A DNA stretch of 64,000 nucleotides from assembly GCA_964035545.1 (NCBI GenBank), contig OZ037772.1, positions 1,674,001 to 1,738,000 on the forward strand, in the 5' to 3' direction. A program made the translations under genes and the position numbers. Source of the DNA: Bugula neritina (taxonomy: Eukaryota > Animalia > Bryozoa). The number at the start of each line of letters is the position of its first letter. Positions within the stretch are counted from its first letter, which is position 1. Positions 52,820-62,318 of the stretch are shown piece after piece. The notes under the pieces were generated by a model. The model had not been told where the DNA came from and did no database searches. It saw only the letters and a program-made list of their open reading frames with translations.

Positions 52820-53695
52820 CTAGCGACATCCACCCCGTTTTTCTCTCTGTGTGTGTCCGCGGAGCTCTGGAGGTCTCCGGGGAGGTTGTGGTTTCTGCTG
52901 CCGTTTGAATCGTGGGTCGCTCAGGTGACGGTGTCCCTGATTGCCGCTTTCCCAGCGTCGCATCATAGGTCTGGTGGGTTTTGCTGCCGTCCTCTTACTC
53001 TTCCTCGAGTGGTTGTATGTTATCGTCGCCACCAATTGTCCCAGTCTAGTCATCAAGCGGCTTATCTCTCTCTCTATGGGGGTTTTAGTGGTCGCGGCAG
53101 CTATGCAGACCGGATGGTCTGGTTCCCTAGAGGGCTGGGGCGTGGTCTCTTCCGTCTTATAGAGTCGCTCGGCTCCAGCGTAGGCCTTGTTCTCTTGGAT
53201 TGCAGCCTCGATGGTGGTCACTCCCTTGGCTTGTAACTGGTGGTGGAAGTCCAAAGAATTGAGAGACTGTACAAAGGCTTCGAATGTGTAGTGCCGTCTG
53301 TGTGTTTCTGGCAGATCGCTATACGCGGTCCGTGCCAGTCTCTGCACCAGAGTGGCGTGGTCAGAAAGCGGTGTACCTGTCCTGCGGAGTAATCCTCGCA
53401 GTCTGGACTTGGCGACGGCAACGGGCATGCCAAAACGGGCCCGTAGTGTAGCAATGATCCCGTTTATGCTAGGCTTCCACCCGTACGGCTTGGCTTCTCC
53501 CGTCAGTGCCATCCGCAATTTTGTAAGGGTTACTCTCGGCGGCCATCTTGTAATGGCTGCAGCTTCACGGAACTCTTGAACGAATTGTTCAATATCCTCG
53601 CGGCCTGTGAACACGGGAACCTCTAACGTGTTCCTATATACCTCCTCTCCATCTCCGAGAGGGCCTATAATAATGTTCTGCTCACCTCCTTCCAT
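52820..53695 (-). CDS. Element B Gag (degenerate zinc knuckle)
   Basis: 291-aa ORF after the PBS; aligns with element C Gag (FTG.E.+EQF+QEF, WPPRV.L.KLRMALTG.AKPYG, LRARFG). Confidence 0.88.
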   Translation of the reverse strand: MEGGEQNIIIGPLGDGEEVYRNTLEVPVFTGREDIEQFVQEFREAAAITRWPPRVTLTKLRMALTGEAKPYGWKPSINGIIATLRARFGMPVAVAKSRLRGLLRRTGTPLSDHATLVQRLARTAYSDLPETHRRHYTFEAFVQSLNSLDFHHQLQAKGVTTIEAAIQENKAYAGAERLYKTEETTPQPSREPDHPVCIAAATTKTPIEREISRLMTRLGQLVATITYNHSRKSKRTAAKPTRPMMRRWESGNQGHRHLSDPRFKRQQKPQPPRRPPELRGHTQREKRGGCR

Positions 53696-53758
53696 TGAAG
53701 TTACTCCCTCGTCTATGATGTTCTAATACTTCTCATTGTTCTTATACAGTAGCTAGAA

Positions 53759-53776
53759 ATCCCACCGCTGCCACCA
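53759..53776 (-). promoter_or_regulatory. Element B primer binding site (tRNA-Leu)
   Basis: TGGTGGCAGCGGTGGGAT, 1 nt inside the 5' LTR boundary; complementary to the tRNA-Leu 3' end AUCCCACCGCUGCCACCA. Confidence 0.88.
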
Positions 53777-56700
53777 CTGTAGTAAATTTGTGTAACTACT
53801 ATGCGTGGGTTCCTAGCTTGTAATTATGTCTATTTATCTACACCAATAAAGTATTTAGGTAAAAGTTTCCAAGTTTATTTACTACTAATTATACAAAAGA
53901 TACAGCTTATACACAGATTAGAGATTACATCCTCGCTTAGTTAGCACGCTCTCTCTACTGCAAAACTACTACTAACTAAGGCCTATCACGTGACGCACTT
54001 GGATAGGCTGAAGGAATGCGGGGGACGCGCGTATTACGTCCTCACTACAATATTAAATAATTATAATCATAATGATCATAACAATAAATATAATTATGAT
54101 TCCAATAATTATCAATATATTATATAATATTTAAATTATTTTAATTTATAATTATAATCATAATTTTTTTAGTTATAGTGAATAAATTCAATTTGACATG
54201 ATAACTATAATATTATAAAGCAGTCAGTCTATCTCTAATGCTGATTGATATTCAAATTGTTATGACTGTATCATCATTCACTAACTCTAAGAGTAAGTGA
54301 CTACAATTATTAGTATCAATGTTGTGTTAGAGTACTATACCCATTGGAATTTTGATATATCCATTATATTTACAACTCTGCCTGTTACAGCTATAAATAA
54401 ATTGAACCAAAATACCAACAGTGCCTAATCATCGCCTTATTTATAAAATAATCACAATCATAATGCTCAAGTTAATAGATTGGAAATTATTGAAAATTAT
54501 GTTGATACCAATATAAATATGGCATTGTATGCATCCAAGTAGTGATGTTGTAATATATATTGGAAGATAATTACATTATAATAAGAGTTAAATTCCTCTA
54601 AGTAACTTTTTTTGCAATTATTCCTTAGAATAACTATAACTATAACTTATACTCCTAACATTAGATTTAGATTGAGCTACTAATTGTATTTATTGCATGT
54701 GAAGGTTAATTATTTTCCATCAGCTGCATGAATGCGACTGGTAAATTTTGTAACCTTGGGCAGTAATAACTTTGTAGCATAAATTAGACACATTTTATAA
54801 AAATACATAATTTTAATGCTATAGCTGCTAGGAACTCTAATGGGTGTAATAATATTACTTTCACCAGCATTAATTTTTACTTTGTTTATGCTTCATAAAG
54901 CATTTTCTAAATTATTTTTTGAATAAATTTCTACAATACATATAATGTGCTGAATAGATTACATATGTTGGGGTTCTTCCTATACTGCAGCTCAGCCTAC
55001 ACTCCCCGCCACAAATGTTCCTAAATTACTAGCTTCATCGGGATACAGATTGATGGAGCTGTATTGATAAAAACTACTCTTTTTAGCAGTAGAGGCATCA
55101 TGAAAAAAGGCAAGTATTTTACTCAATAAGAATGCGGTTTTTTACTTCTACAAATTTGATAGCCTACACTACTCTATTTAACTGGAGACTGGTCTGACAT
55201 AATGTGTTTGCAATTTATTAGTTATAATATAGTAAATACTATGCGGGCCTATAGATCAAATGGCTCAAAAAAAAATTAAATAAAACATTACACAACGCTG
55301 TATTTATTAGCAATGTGATACTAAGCAACTAATTTCACATTATTATTGTTTGCAAAGTTTTATATATCTACATTTGTTTGTTCAATTCAGTGTTCTGAAG
55401 TAGAAGGTTCCAACAGCAGGGAAAAGCCTTGAACAAGATATTATGTTCTACATCTCCAACTCATTTTAACTTTGCTGGTCAGTTCATTGTGTATCTGGAG
55501 CATAGTTTTGTATTTTCAAGTAGTCCATCAGATACCTTTGTAGGTAGTAAAGATTAAAATGTTTGTGCAATGATGTCCATAATGTTGAACTGATTTATTG
55601 AAACTAAAACTGTTCTTAATTATAACAAAACTTGACAATCTTTACATAAAGAATAATGTCCCATAATCTATCTTCATTGTAAACAAAATTAGAAAGTTCC
55701 ACATCAGCAAATTGTTTATCATCATTTGTAGGTGGAAGAAGCTTGCACTCAGTTATAAAGGCAAGCTGACGGTGGTTTTCTTTGCCTTCTATGAAGATTT
55801 GGAAAGAGCCAGAAAATTAATACTCTATAACTGCAAAACCATGTTGTAGTGTCTTGTGTTATTGATTGAATCATCTAAAAGAAAAATTGTTGTATCATTA
55901 TAATTTTACTGTTAATGAATTAGCAAATTATCTACTTATCTTGGTAAATATATTCAAGAACAAATACTATAGTGTAACTCAGTTTTGGTTATGTGTATGC
56001 TCCTTAAGCGAATTTACAGCAGATATCAAACTATATATTAGAGACTGATAAAGGAATTAAATTTAAGCTAACCATGATGATGTAAATAGCTGTTGAATGT
56101 GACTTCGAGAACTCTGCTGACCATGTCAGTTCAAATACACCAGGGTGATATGTTACGAATGTCATGTCATTATTGAAATTCAGCTTTTTTAAGTGCCTTT
56201 TCACAGCTCTGGCAGCATTCTGACTGCTCCTTAGCTTTCTGCGCCTGAAATTTCTTCTACTTGCACCATTCTTCTATTGGTGGAATGTTAGCCTATAACA
56301 AACAGGTGTACCAAAGCTAAAAAATATCTAATTCACTGCACTAGGATATTATTCAACTCATTTAAATTTAATATATAGCAGTAAAACAATCACATACTTG
56401 TATTTATTTTATCAGCTTTACTTTACAAAGCTGAACCATATGATTTAGTAACTTGTCACCATAATAAACTTTGTACAACATACAAATTGAAAACCTGATG
56501 TGATTGCTTTTTTAATAGAATATACATTACAAACATGTTACTTTGATAAGCGTGTTCATAATAAAAGTATTAAACCAGTTTGAAAAAAATTATTTTGTTA
56601 TGTAATGGATCACAAAACTACAAAATTTTGGACCTGTAGCTCGATGTTCTTCAAGCAACGGGCTGCTATGACTAATTTTCTATCATTGCATTTGATTTTT

Positions 56701-58050
56701 TTACTCATAGTGTATTGGCGAGTTAAAATTATTGGTAATTTAATGTATATTTTAGCTACCTCTGTACAATAAATGTCATAGTAATATCAATTAGGTTTTA
56801 AATTTCACTGAGTTTATAGTAAATTATTGCAACTGTTACATAACATTTGGCTAGTTCTCTAGTTCATTAAATAACCATACGAACTTAATTTTATAACATG
56901 ACAAAACACACAAAGCAAAATTAAAATAAGCATATTATGAACCAATGTAATTGATAAGTGATAATACTGTTGTAAAACATAAATTATCAAATTTAAATAG
57001 TTATTATTACTATTAGTATCACTATCATTATAACAACTATAATCATTATTACTATTACTATTAGTATTAGCATTAGTAGTAAAAAATGAGTAGAGTTCAA
57101 CATATACAATCTAGCGTACTATAAAAGTAGAAGTAGAACTTCTAAAATTATCATCTGCATCATTAACAGAACTATGAGTAATACTAGTAGTTGTACTAAT
57201 AGTAATACCAATTATTAATACTAATAAACAATAGTAATAGTATCGCTATGAGTATGAGACTTGGGCTGGCAGTGATTATCACAATCAGCATCGTCATAGT
57301 CAAAAGTTACAAGAATTAGAAGCCATATTCATATTGATATTCTCATTGAGTTATGCATAGTCATATTCACAGTATTAGTCAATCACTGATTGAGTTAATG
57401 TCATAGCGTAGTAATTTGTGCAATTACTGAGCGTGAGTTATTTACTTGCGTATAGTTAGCTGGTTATTCTGTTATCAATTACTAAGGTAGCTGTCGAGTA
57501 ATTATATTTATTATCCACAATAAAGCATCAACCAAACATCACATCAAATTATCCTATACAAGAGTCAACTACTAACACATGTTACTACTACAAGCCTCCG
57601 CTTACAACAACGTGATATAATGTTAATAACCCGGGAAGTGTCACGTGACTCGGAAGCATATCTTCCGGAGCTGCTAATTGGTTGCTACATAAGAGTCTAA
57701 GTATTCCAAGAGTAGGGAGAGGGCGATTCCTGTATTTGTACTTGCACTACTCACTACACCGTCCCCCCCAGCAGAAAGCCCTACTTTCTGATAACACAAA
57801 AAAAAAAACATAATGAAAAACCATACAATAATCCAAAAAGGAAAACATATATAAGTAAACCCACAAAGAGTAAGAAAAGAAATAGTTAAACACGACAACG
57901 TTTACATTAGAAGACAACAGGGTGATCGATCACACACATCTAGTCAGCTATTAAGAGAGAGGGTGCTTACCAGCACGCGGGCCAATGTCGGAGCGCTCGT
58001 CACATTCCAAACGAGCTATAGCTCAACGAAGGTGCCTACCCCAGGCATTC

Positions 58051-59103
58051 TCATTGGTTGGACTCTGCTTCTTGTAGCGACCGTGCTCTGTGTCGAGCCT
58101 GTCGGGCCCGTAGCCGCCTCTTCAGTCGCCCTACTGAGTCTTTCAACTGGTATAGACCTGTCGTCGTATCCAGCAAGTCAGGGGCAAGTTGTGTGAACTC
58201 GGCTTGTAGTCTTAGAAGCCGCTCTTCTACGTTAGCCAGCTGGCTAGGCCTTGGTGGGGTTGTAGGGGTCTCCGTTAGACGGGATATGGTTGTTTCTTCT
58301 ACTTCTGGGGTGTTGCTAGGGTTGACGGGGGTAGGAGGTGGGCCCTGAACCATAGGGGACTTATGGCGGGCAGATAGTAGCAGTACGTGAAACCCTGACG
58401 TTAGTGCGGCCAGGGTGATAGCCTTCCTGATGACTGGCTTGATGGCATCCAGGTATAGGGGGAAACTGTCTTCATCAACAGTGTGGTTCTCTTCGGCGAA
58501 GCAGCTTATCTTATGTACTGTCACGGGATACGGGTAGACGTCGTGGAACCCGCAGGGACAGAAGTGGAGTAGGAAATGGGCGTCTACATGTAAACGCAGG
58601 GAGCGGTGCGACGGGCACTCCTCAAAGCAGACCTGGCAGGTTCGGTGTGGTCCACTGGGTCCCCAGGCTTCTTCAATTCTCCTCTCTGTCGTGGGTGACA
58701 CCCAACGGTGTCGTCGGCGGAGTACTACTGGTATGCCATTCTCCATTACAGGCTCTTCTTCCATAGACAGAGAGGTTGGCTGGTCCCGTGACCGGGAGGT
58801 GGTCACTCGAGTGTGATCTGAAAGAGTAGCAGTGTTAAAGATTATACACTGAGACACCGTCGGCTTGTACAGCCTGACCGGTACTCTGTTCAGTTACACT
58901 CGTGAGATTCAGGCTAATGAATAGTTGATGGAGAACACACTCGCTATGACAGATTATTTAAAATCAAAGTCGACGTGTATTCCCACCACTGTTTATCATT
59001 ATCGAATCTCCAGCTAGCTAGTGTAGCTAAGCTGACTGATGCAGTCTAGTTATCGTACCAAAAACATAATTAACTCACCCTTCGATCCAGAATAGTAAGA
59101 CAT
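58051..59103 (-). CDS. Element C accessory gene, predicted spliced join(59103..59079, 58817..58051), 263 aa: two zinc fingers plus coiled coil and Arg-rich tail
   Basis: ATG TCT TAC TAT TCT GGA TCG AAG G|GTGAGT donor; TTAAC branch point and CTACTCTTTCAG|AT acceptor in phase; CQVC-x12-HVDAH and CPC-x12-HKISC. Confidence 0.78.
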
Positions 59104-59126
59104 TTTGGAATGAGAGTGGTAAATGA

Positions 59127-61385
59127 TTACTGTTTACTGGCACGTCTACTCTCGACTGCATCAACATAGGAAAAGACCGGACAGCGTGGTTGTGAAACAT
59201 GGCTAGGGCTTTTCACTTCCAGCGGATGAATCTCGTGTGAGATTCCGCCGAGGCAAAAGTTGAGATTCTCGTGGTGATCACAACTCCCACGGCTCTTTGC
59301 CTGTTTTCCCATGCGAGGCTTCTCTAGACTTTTGTTACTGCCGCTTATACCGCGGTCACGTACACAGTCTCTGAGACACGCTGGAAGTTGCCTAGTGTGT
59401 GGTCCTGGTCCTATGTTGGTATCTCCTTGCGGAGCCCCTCCCACGGGGGGTTTTTGCACTTCCGGACCTGTTTCTGGTTCCGGAAGTGGTGATGGTGGCA
59501 GGCTTGACGTTGGGGGCGGTGAGCGCACTTTCAAGGACGGAAGTGGCCTTTCTCGCCTCGCCAAGTCTTCCTGACGTGTCATGGAGGTGTTTCCGGCCAG
59601 GTTGACAGTCTCCGCCTGCCGAGACCTTCTTGCACAATGCGTCTGCCGCCCCACTTCACCAGGGAGACGGCTATGCTTGTTGGTCTGGCAGACTTTGCAC
59701 CGTCTCACTCTGCGTCGGATATCCCGTTCCATGTTAGGCCAGTACCACCGGAGTTGTAGCTTGGTGACCACCCCTTGGACTCCTCCGTGAGTCTCCTCGT
59801 GGGTGTCTTGTATCAACTTCCGGCGGATGGCAACTGGGCAGACAACCCTCTTCCTGGCTGGCTGTCTGCTGTTGGCGGCCAAGGTCATGGTTAGCAGACC
59901 ATCTGGCCTGACCCGCAGAGAGCTCCAACGTTGACAGTACAGCCGTAACTCGGCGCATCCCTGTCGCCGTTGTGTACTACTGGGTCGTCGCCCCTCCTGT
60001 TTCGCTCGGTACACGTCGGCTACCACCCCAGGAAGGCATTCCTGGAGCTTCGGCAGCTCCCTAACGTTACCAGCCCATACAGGTTTGGCGCGGAGGCTCT
60101 GGGCAGCCTCCGGGGGCGTGTCAGCCCTCTGTTGGAGTGGCTGAGCAGGGGCGGTCCTCGCCGCCCGTGGTACCTCACGGCAGCCTGCTCTATTTAGGCG
60201 GGCTCCGTGGTCTGTGTGGCTGAACGCCTCACTGTACCCATGTGGCAACCTAGCCATAGCCTGGCGCTTCCCGTTGCCTGTGCAGCCACGCGTCCCTGGA
60301 GGAGGGGAGGCGTGGGTTGGGACGGTCCTCCGCCCTCGAGACGGGCTCTGCTGAGGACCTTCCGTCGTAGCTCCCGACGACGGCCCAATGGCTTCCTCCT
60401 GGACAGGATGGAAGCGACCCAGCATGGATCTGGGTGGTAGGTCTACTGTCTCTGAGAAGGGGTTGACACACTGCACTGAGATCTCTCCTTGCCTCGTGAG
60501 CCGGCTAAAACTACGGGCAAGTTGGACTCTCGAGTGCGTACTTTCGACAACTCCCAACTTAGAGGTTTGGCCACCGTCTACCTTGCAGCGGACGGTAGCC
60601 CGGGAGTGGCCTGGTATAGTACAGCTCCGTACTACCTGCACTGCTCCCGCTAGAGGACGACCAAACTTATCGACACAAGCGAGCTCCTTGTCGCCCATGA
60701 TTATCGCAGATTTACTGAAATCGATGCGACAACCGTGTCGTTGTAAGAATGGCATCCCGAGGATAGCATCCTCGTTGAGCTGCCCGACGATAAACGTCTC
60801 TTGGATGGCCTGGTTACGGACGTAACCAGTTAGCTCAATAATGCCGTAGAAGGGAATGCATGACCCGTCTGCCAGGGTGCCATGATCCCCCTCATACGGT
60901 GCCAACCCGTCCTTGACCTTAGCGCTGAGGGTGTCAAAGAACTGACGGCTAAGGAGGTTGGTGGTGCAGCCGGAGTCCAGGAGGAAGTTGGCAGGCTTGC
61001 CGGCTAACTTCCCTGGTAGGAAGTAGCTACTTCCGTGCGGCTGCAATTGAGTGTGCCGTGGTTGCACCTCCCTCGCTGTGGGTCGAGGGGTCCACGGTTG
61101 GCGGCGACTATTGACCAGCTGCCGAGGTTGGGGCGGTACGCCTTGCGGCGCTTGTACCGTTTCCCTCGCAGGCTCTGTGGTCAACCGTCTGCCGGCTCCG
61201 TGTTGGTGCCGGAGTGGCGTAGAGGACCCAGGCGGCGAGTGGCTTGAGCCTACTTGCCGCGGGGGTCGCCACTTCACAGCATCTCCGCGCGGCGCCCAGC
61301 GGGGCGACAGACGCGCGGGCCTTCCTGGGTGATTCACAGACGGCCCGCAGGAGGTGGGAACATCTGCGGGCCGGGGTAGTTTAAC
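59127..61385 (-). CDS. Element C internally deleted Pol (protease, linker, integrase HHCC, C-terminal tail), in the -1 frame relative to gag
   Basis: FLLDSGCTTNLL; HEETH...CKVC; collinear with B Pol except for two in-frame gaps at ~60140 and ~59575. Confidence 0.85.
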   Translation of the reverse strand, partial: VKLPRPADVPTSCGPSVNHPGRPARLSPRWAPRGDAVKWRPPRQVGSSHSPPGSSTPLRHQHGAGRRLTTEPARETVQAPQGVPPQPRQLVNSRRQPWTPRPTAREVQPRHTQLQPHGSSYFLPGKLAGKPANFLLDSGCTTNLLSRQFFDTLSAKVKDGLAPYEGDHGTLADGSCIPFYGIIELTGYVRNQAIQETFIVGQLNEDAILGMPFLQRHGCRIDFSKSAIIMGDKELACVDKFGRPLAGAVQVVRSCTIPGHSRATVRCKVDGGQTSKLGVVESTHSRVQLARSFSRLTRQGEISVQCVNPFSETVDLPPRSMLGRFHPVQEEAIGPSSGATTEGPQQSPSRGRRTVPTHASPPPGTRGCTGNGKRQAMARLPHGYSEAFSHTDHGARLNRAGCREVPRAARTAPAQPLQQRADTPPEAAQSLRAKPVWAGNVRELPKLQECLPGVVADVYRAKQEGRRPSSTQRRQGCAELRLYCQRWSSLRVRPDGLLTMTLAANSRQPARKRVVCPVAIRRKLIQDTHEETHGGVQGVVTKLQLRWYWPNMERDIRRRVRRCKVCQTNKHSRLPGEVGRQTHCARRSRQAETVNLAGNTSMTRQEDLARRERPLPSLKVRSPPPTSSLPPSPLPEPETGPEVQKPPVGGAPQGDTNIGPGPHTRQLPACLRDCVRDRGISGSNKSLEKPRMGKQAKSRGSCDHHENLNFCLGGISHEIHPLEVKSPSHVSQPRCPVFSYVDAVESRRASKQ

Positions 61386-62284
61386 CCTGGTGGGAGCTGA
61401 GGGCAGTTTCTCTGGAAATGTCCTGGCCTTCCGCATTCCCAGCAGAAGTGGTGCCCCATGCCTGGTGATTGTACCTGCGGCCCGCAAGGCTCACGGGCAG
61501 TATCTACCTGGCTTGGGGAGGCTAATGTGGTGACCAGTTTATCTAGCATGTCAGTCATCTGTGAGATTTTTGACGCTAGTGACATCTGGTTCACATTAGC
61601 CACCGCGGAGGGTTCCGCATTTAATTCGGTGTGAGCAGTAGAGTGCTCCGTGGTCACCTGGCGGGAGGCCACGCGGTTGCGGTGCATATGAGTCGCCAAG
61701 AGGTAGGCTTCTCCCACCGCAAGTGCATCTTCGACTGTGGTGACTCTCCTCGCTTGGAGTTGATGGTGGAGCCCCAAGTCGTTGATGGACTGCACGAAGG
61801 CATCATAGGTATACCTCTCACGGTGTACCGGAGGCAGATCGCGGAATGCGATCTGCGCTAATGGGTACACCGTGGCAGCGTGCTCTTCTAGTGACGTGTG
61901 AGGATCACGCCGCATCCTCTGTAGACGGGCCCGCGCATCTATGGGAGAGATGCCAAAACGGGCCCGCAGGGAAGCAAAGATTCCGTCTATGTCAGGTCCA
62001 GCTCCGTACGGCTTAGCTTTGCCCGTCAGCGCCATCCTGAGCTTTAGCAACGCCACCCTTGGCGGCCATTCTGCAATCTCCATCACATCCTGGAATTCTT
62101 GGATGAACTGCTCCACTGCTTCTTCGCCGGTGAAGTTGGGCGCCTTCAGCCGGTATCTATCTTCACCATGCTCTCTAAGAATTCTCACTTCTTCATCTAA
62201 CACCACTGGTTCCACAGGTATATCAACATTATCTCTCTCACCTTCATTCAGTGGAATGGGTAGCTCCGTGCCGTCTTCTGCCAT
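61334..62284 (-). CDS. Element C Gag with intact CCHC knuckle
   Basis: First ATG at 62284 (MAEDGTELP); CWECGRPGHFQRNC. Confidence 0.9.
   Translation of the reverse strand: MAEDGTELPIPLNEGERDNVDIPVEPVVLDEEVRILREHGEDRYRLKAPNFTGEEAVEQFIQEFQDVMEIAEWPPRVALLKLRMALTGKAKPYGAGPDIDGIFASLRARFGISPIDARARLQRMRRDPHTSLEEHAATVYPLAQIAFRDLPPVHRERYTYDAFVQSINDLGLHHQLQARRVTTVEDALAVGEAYLLATHMHRNRVASRQVTTEHSTAHTELNAEPSAVANVNQMSLASKISQMTDMLDKLVTTLASPSQVDTAREPCGPQVQSPGMGHHFCWECGRPGHFQRNCPQLPPGLNYPGPQMFPPPAGRL
61341..61385 (-). promoter_or_regulatory. Putative -1 ribosomal frameshift signal (G UUA AAC, 5-nt spacer, 10-bp stem-loop)
   Basis: Minus strand GTTAAAC-TACCC-CGGCCCGCAG-(13 nt)-CTGCGGGCCG inside the gag/pol overlap; pol is in the -1 frame. 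Confidence 0.7.
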
Positions 62285-62300
62285 GACTGCTATACGCAAG

Positions 62301-62318
62301 ATCCCACCGCTGCCACCA
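62301..62318 (-). promoter_or_regulatory. Element C primer binding site (tRNA-Leu)
   Basis: Identical 18-mer to the element B PBS. Confidence 0.88.

Larger units (their letters stand above)
46477..54049 (-). mobile_element. Element B: full-length Ty3/Gypsy LTR retrotransposon with gag, pol and an extra 3' gene
   Basis: 272-bp LTRs at 46477-46748 and 53778-54049 (TGTAGT...ACTACA, 2 mismatches seen); 4-bp TSD ATAT; tRNA-Leu PBS; G-rich PPT; order PR-RT-RH-IN. Confidence 0.97.

Noticed and set aside
48264-53579. Many plus-strand and alternative-frame ORFs inside element B (likewise in C)
   Set aside because: Expected shadow ORFs in GC-rich coding DNA; no independent motifs
55400-56290. Exon-like minus-strand frames between B and C
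   Set aside because: Multiple stops and frameshifts, no recognisable domain
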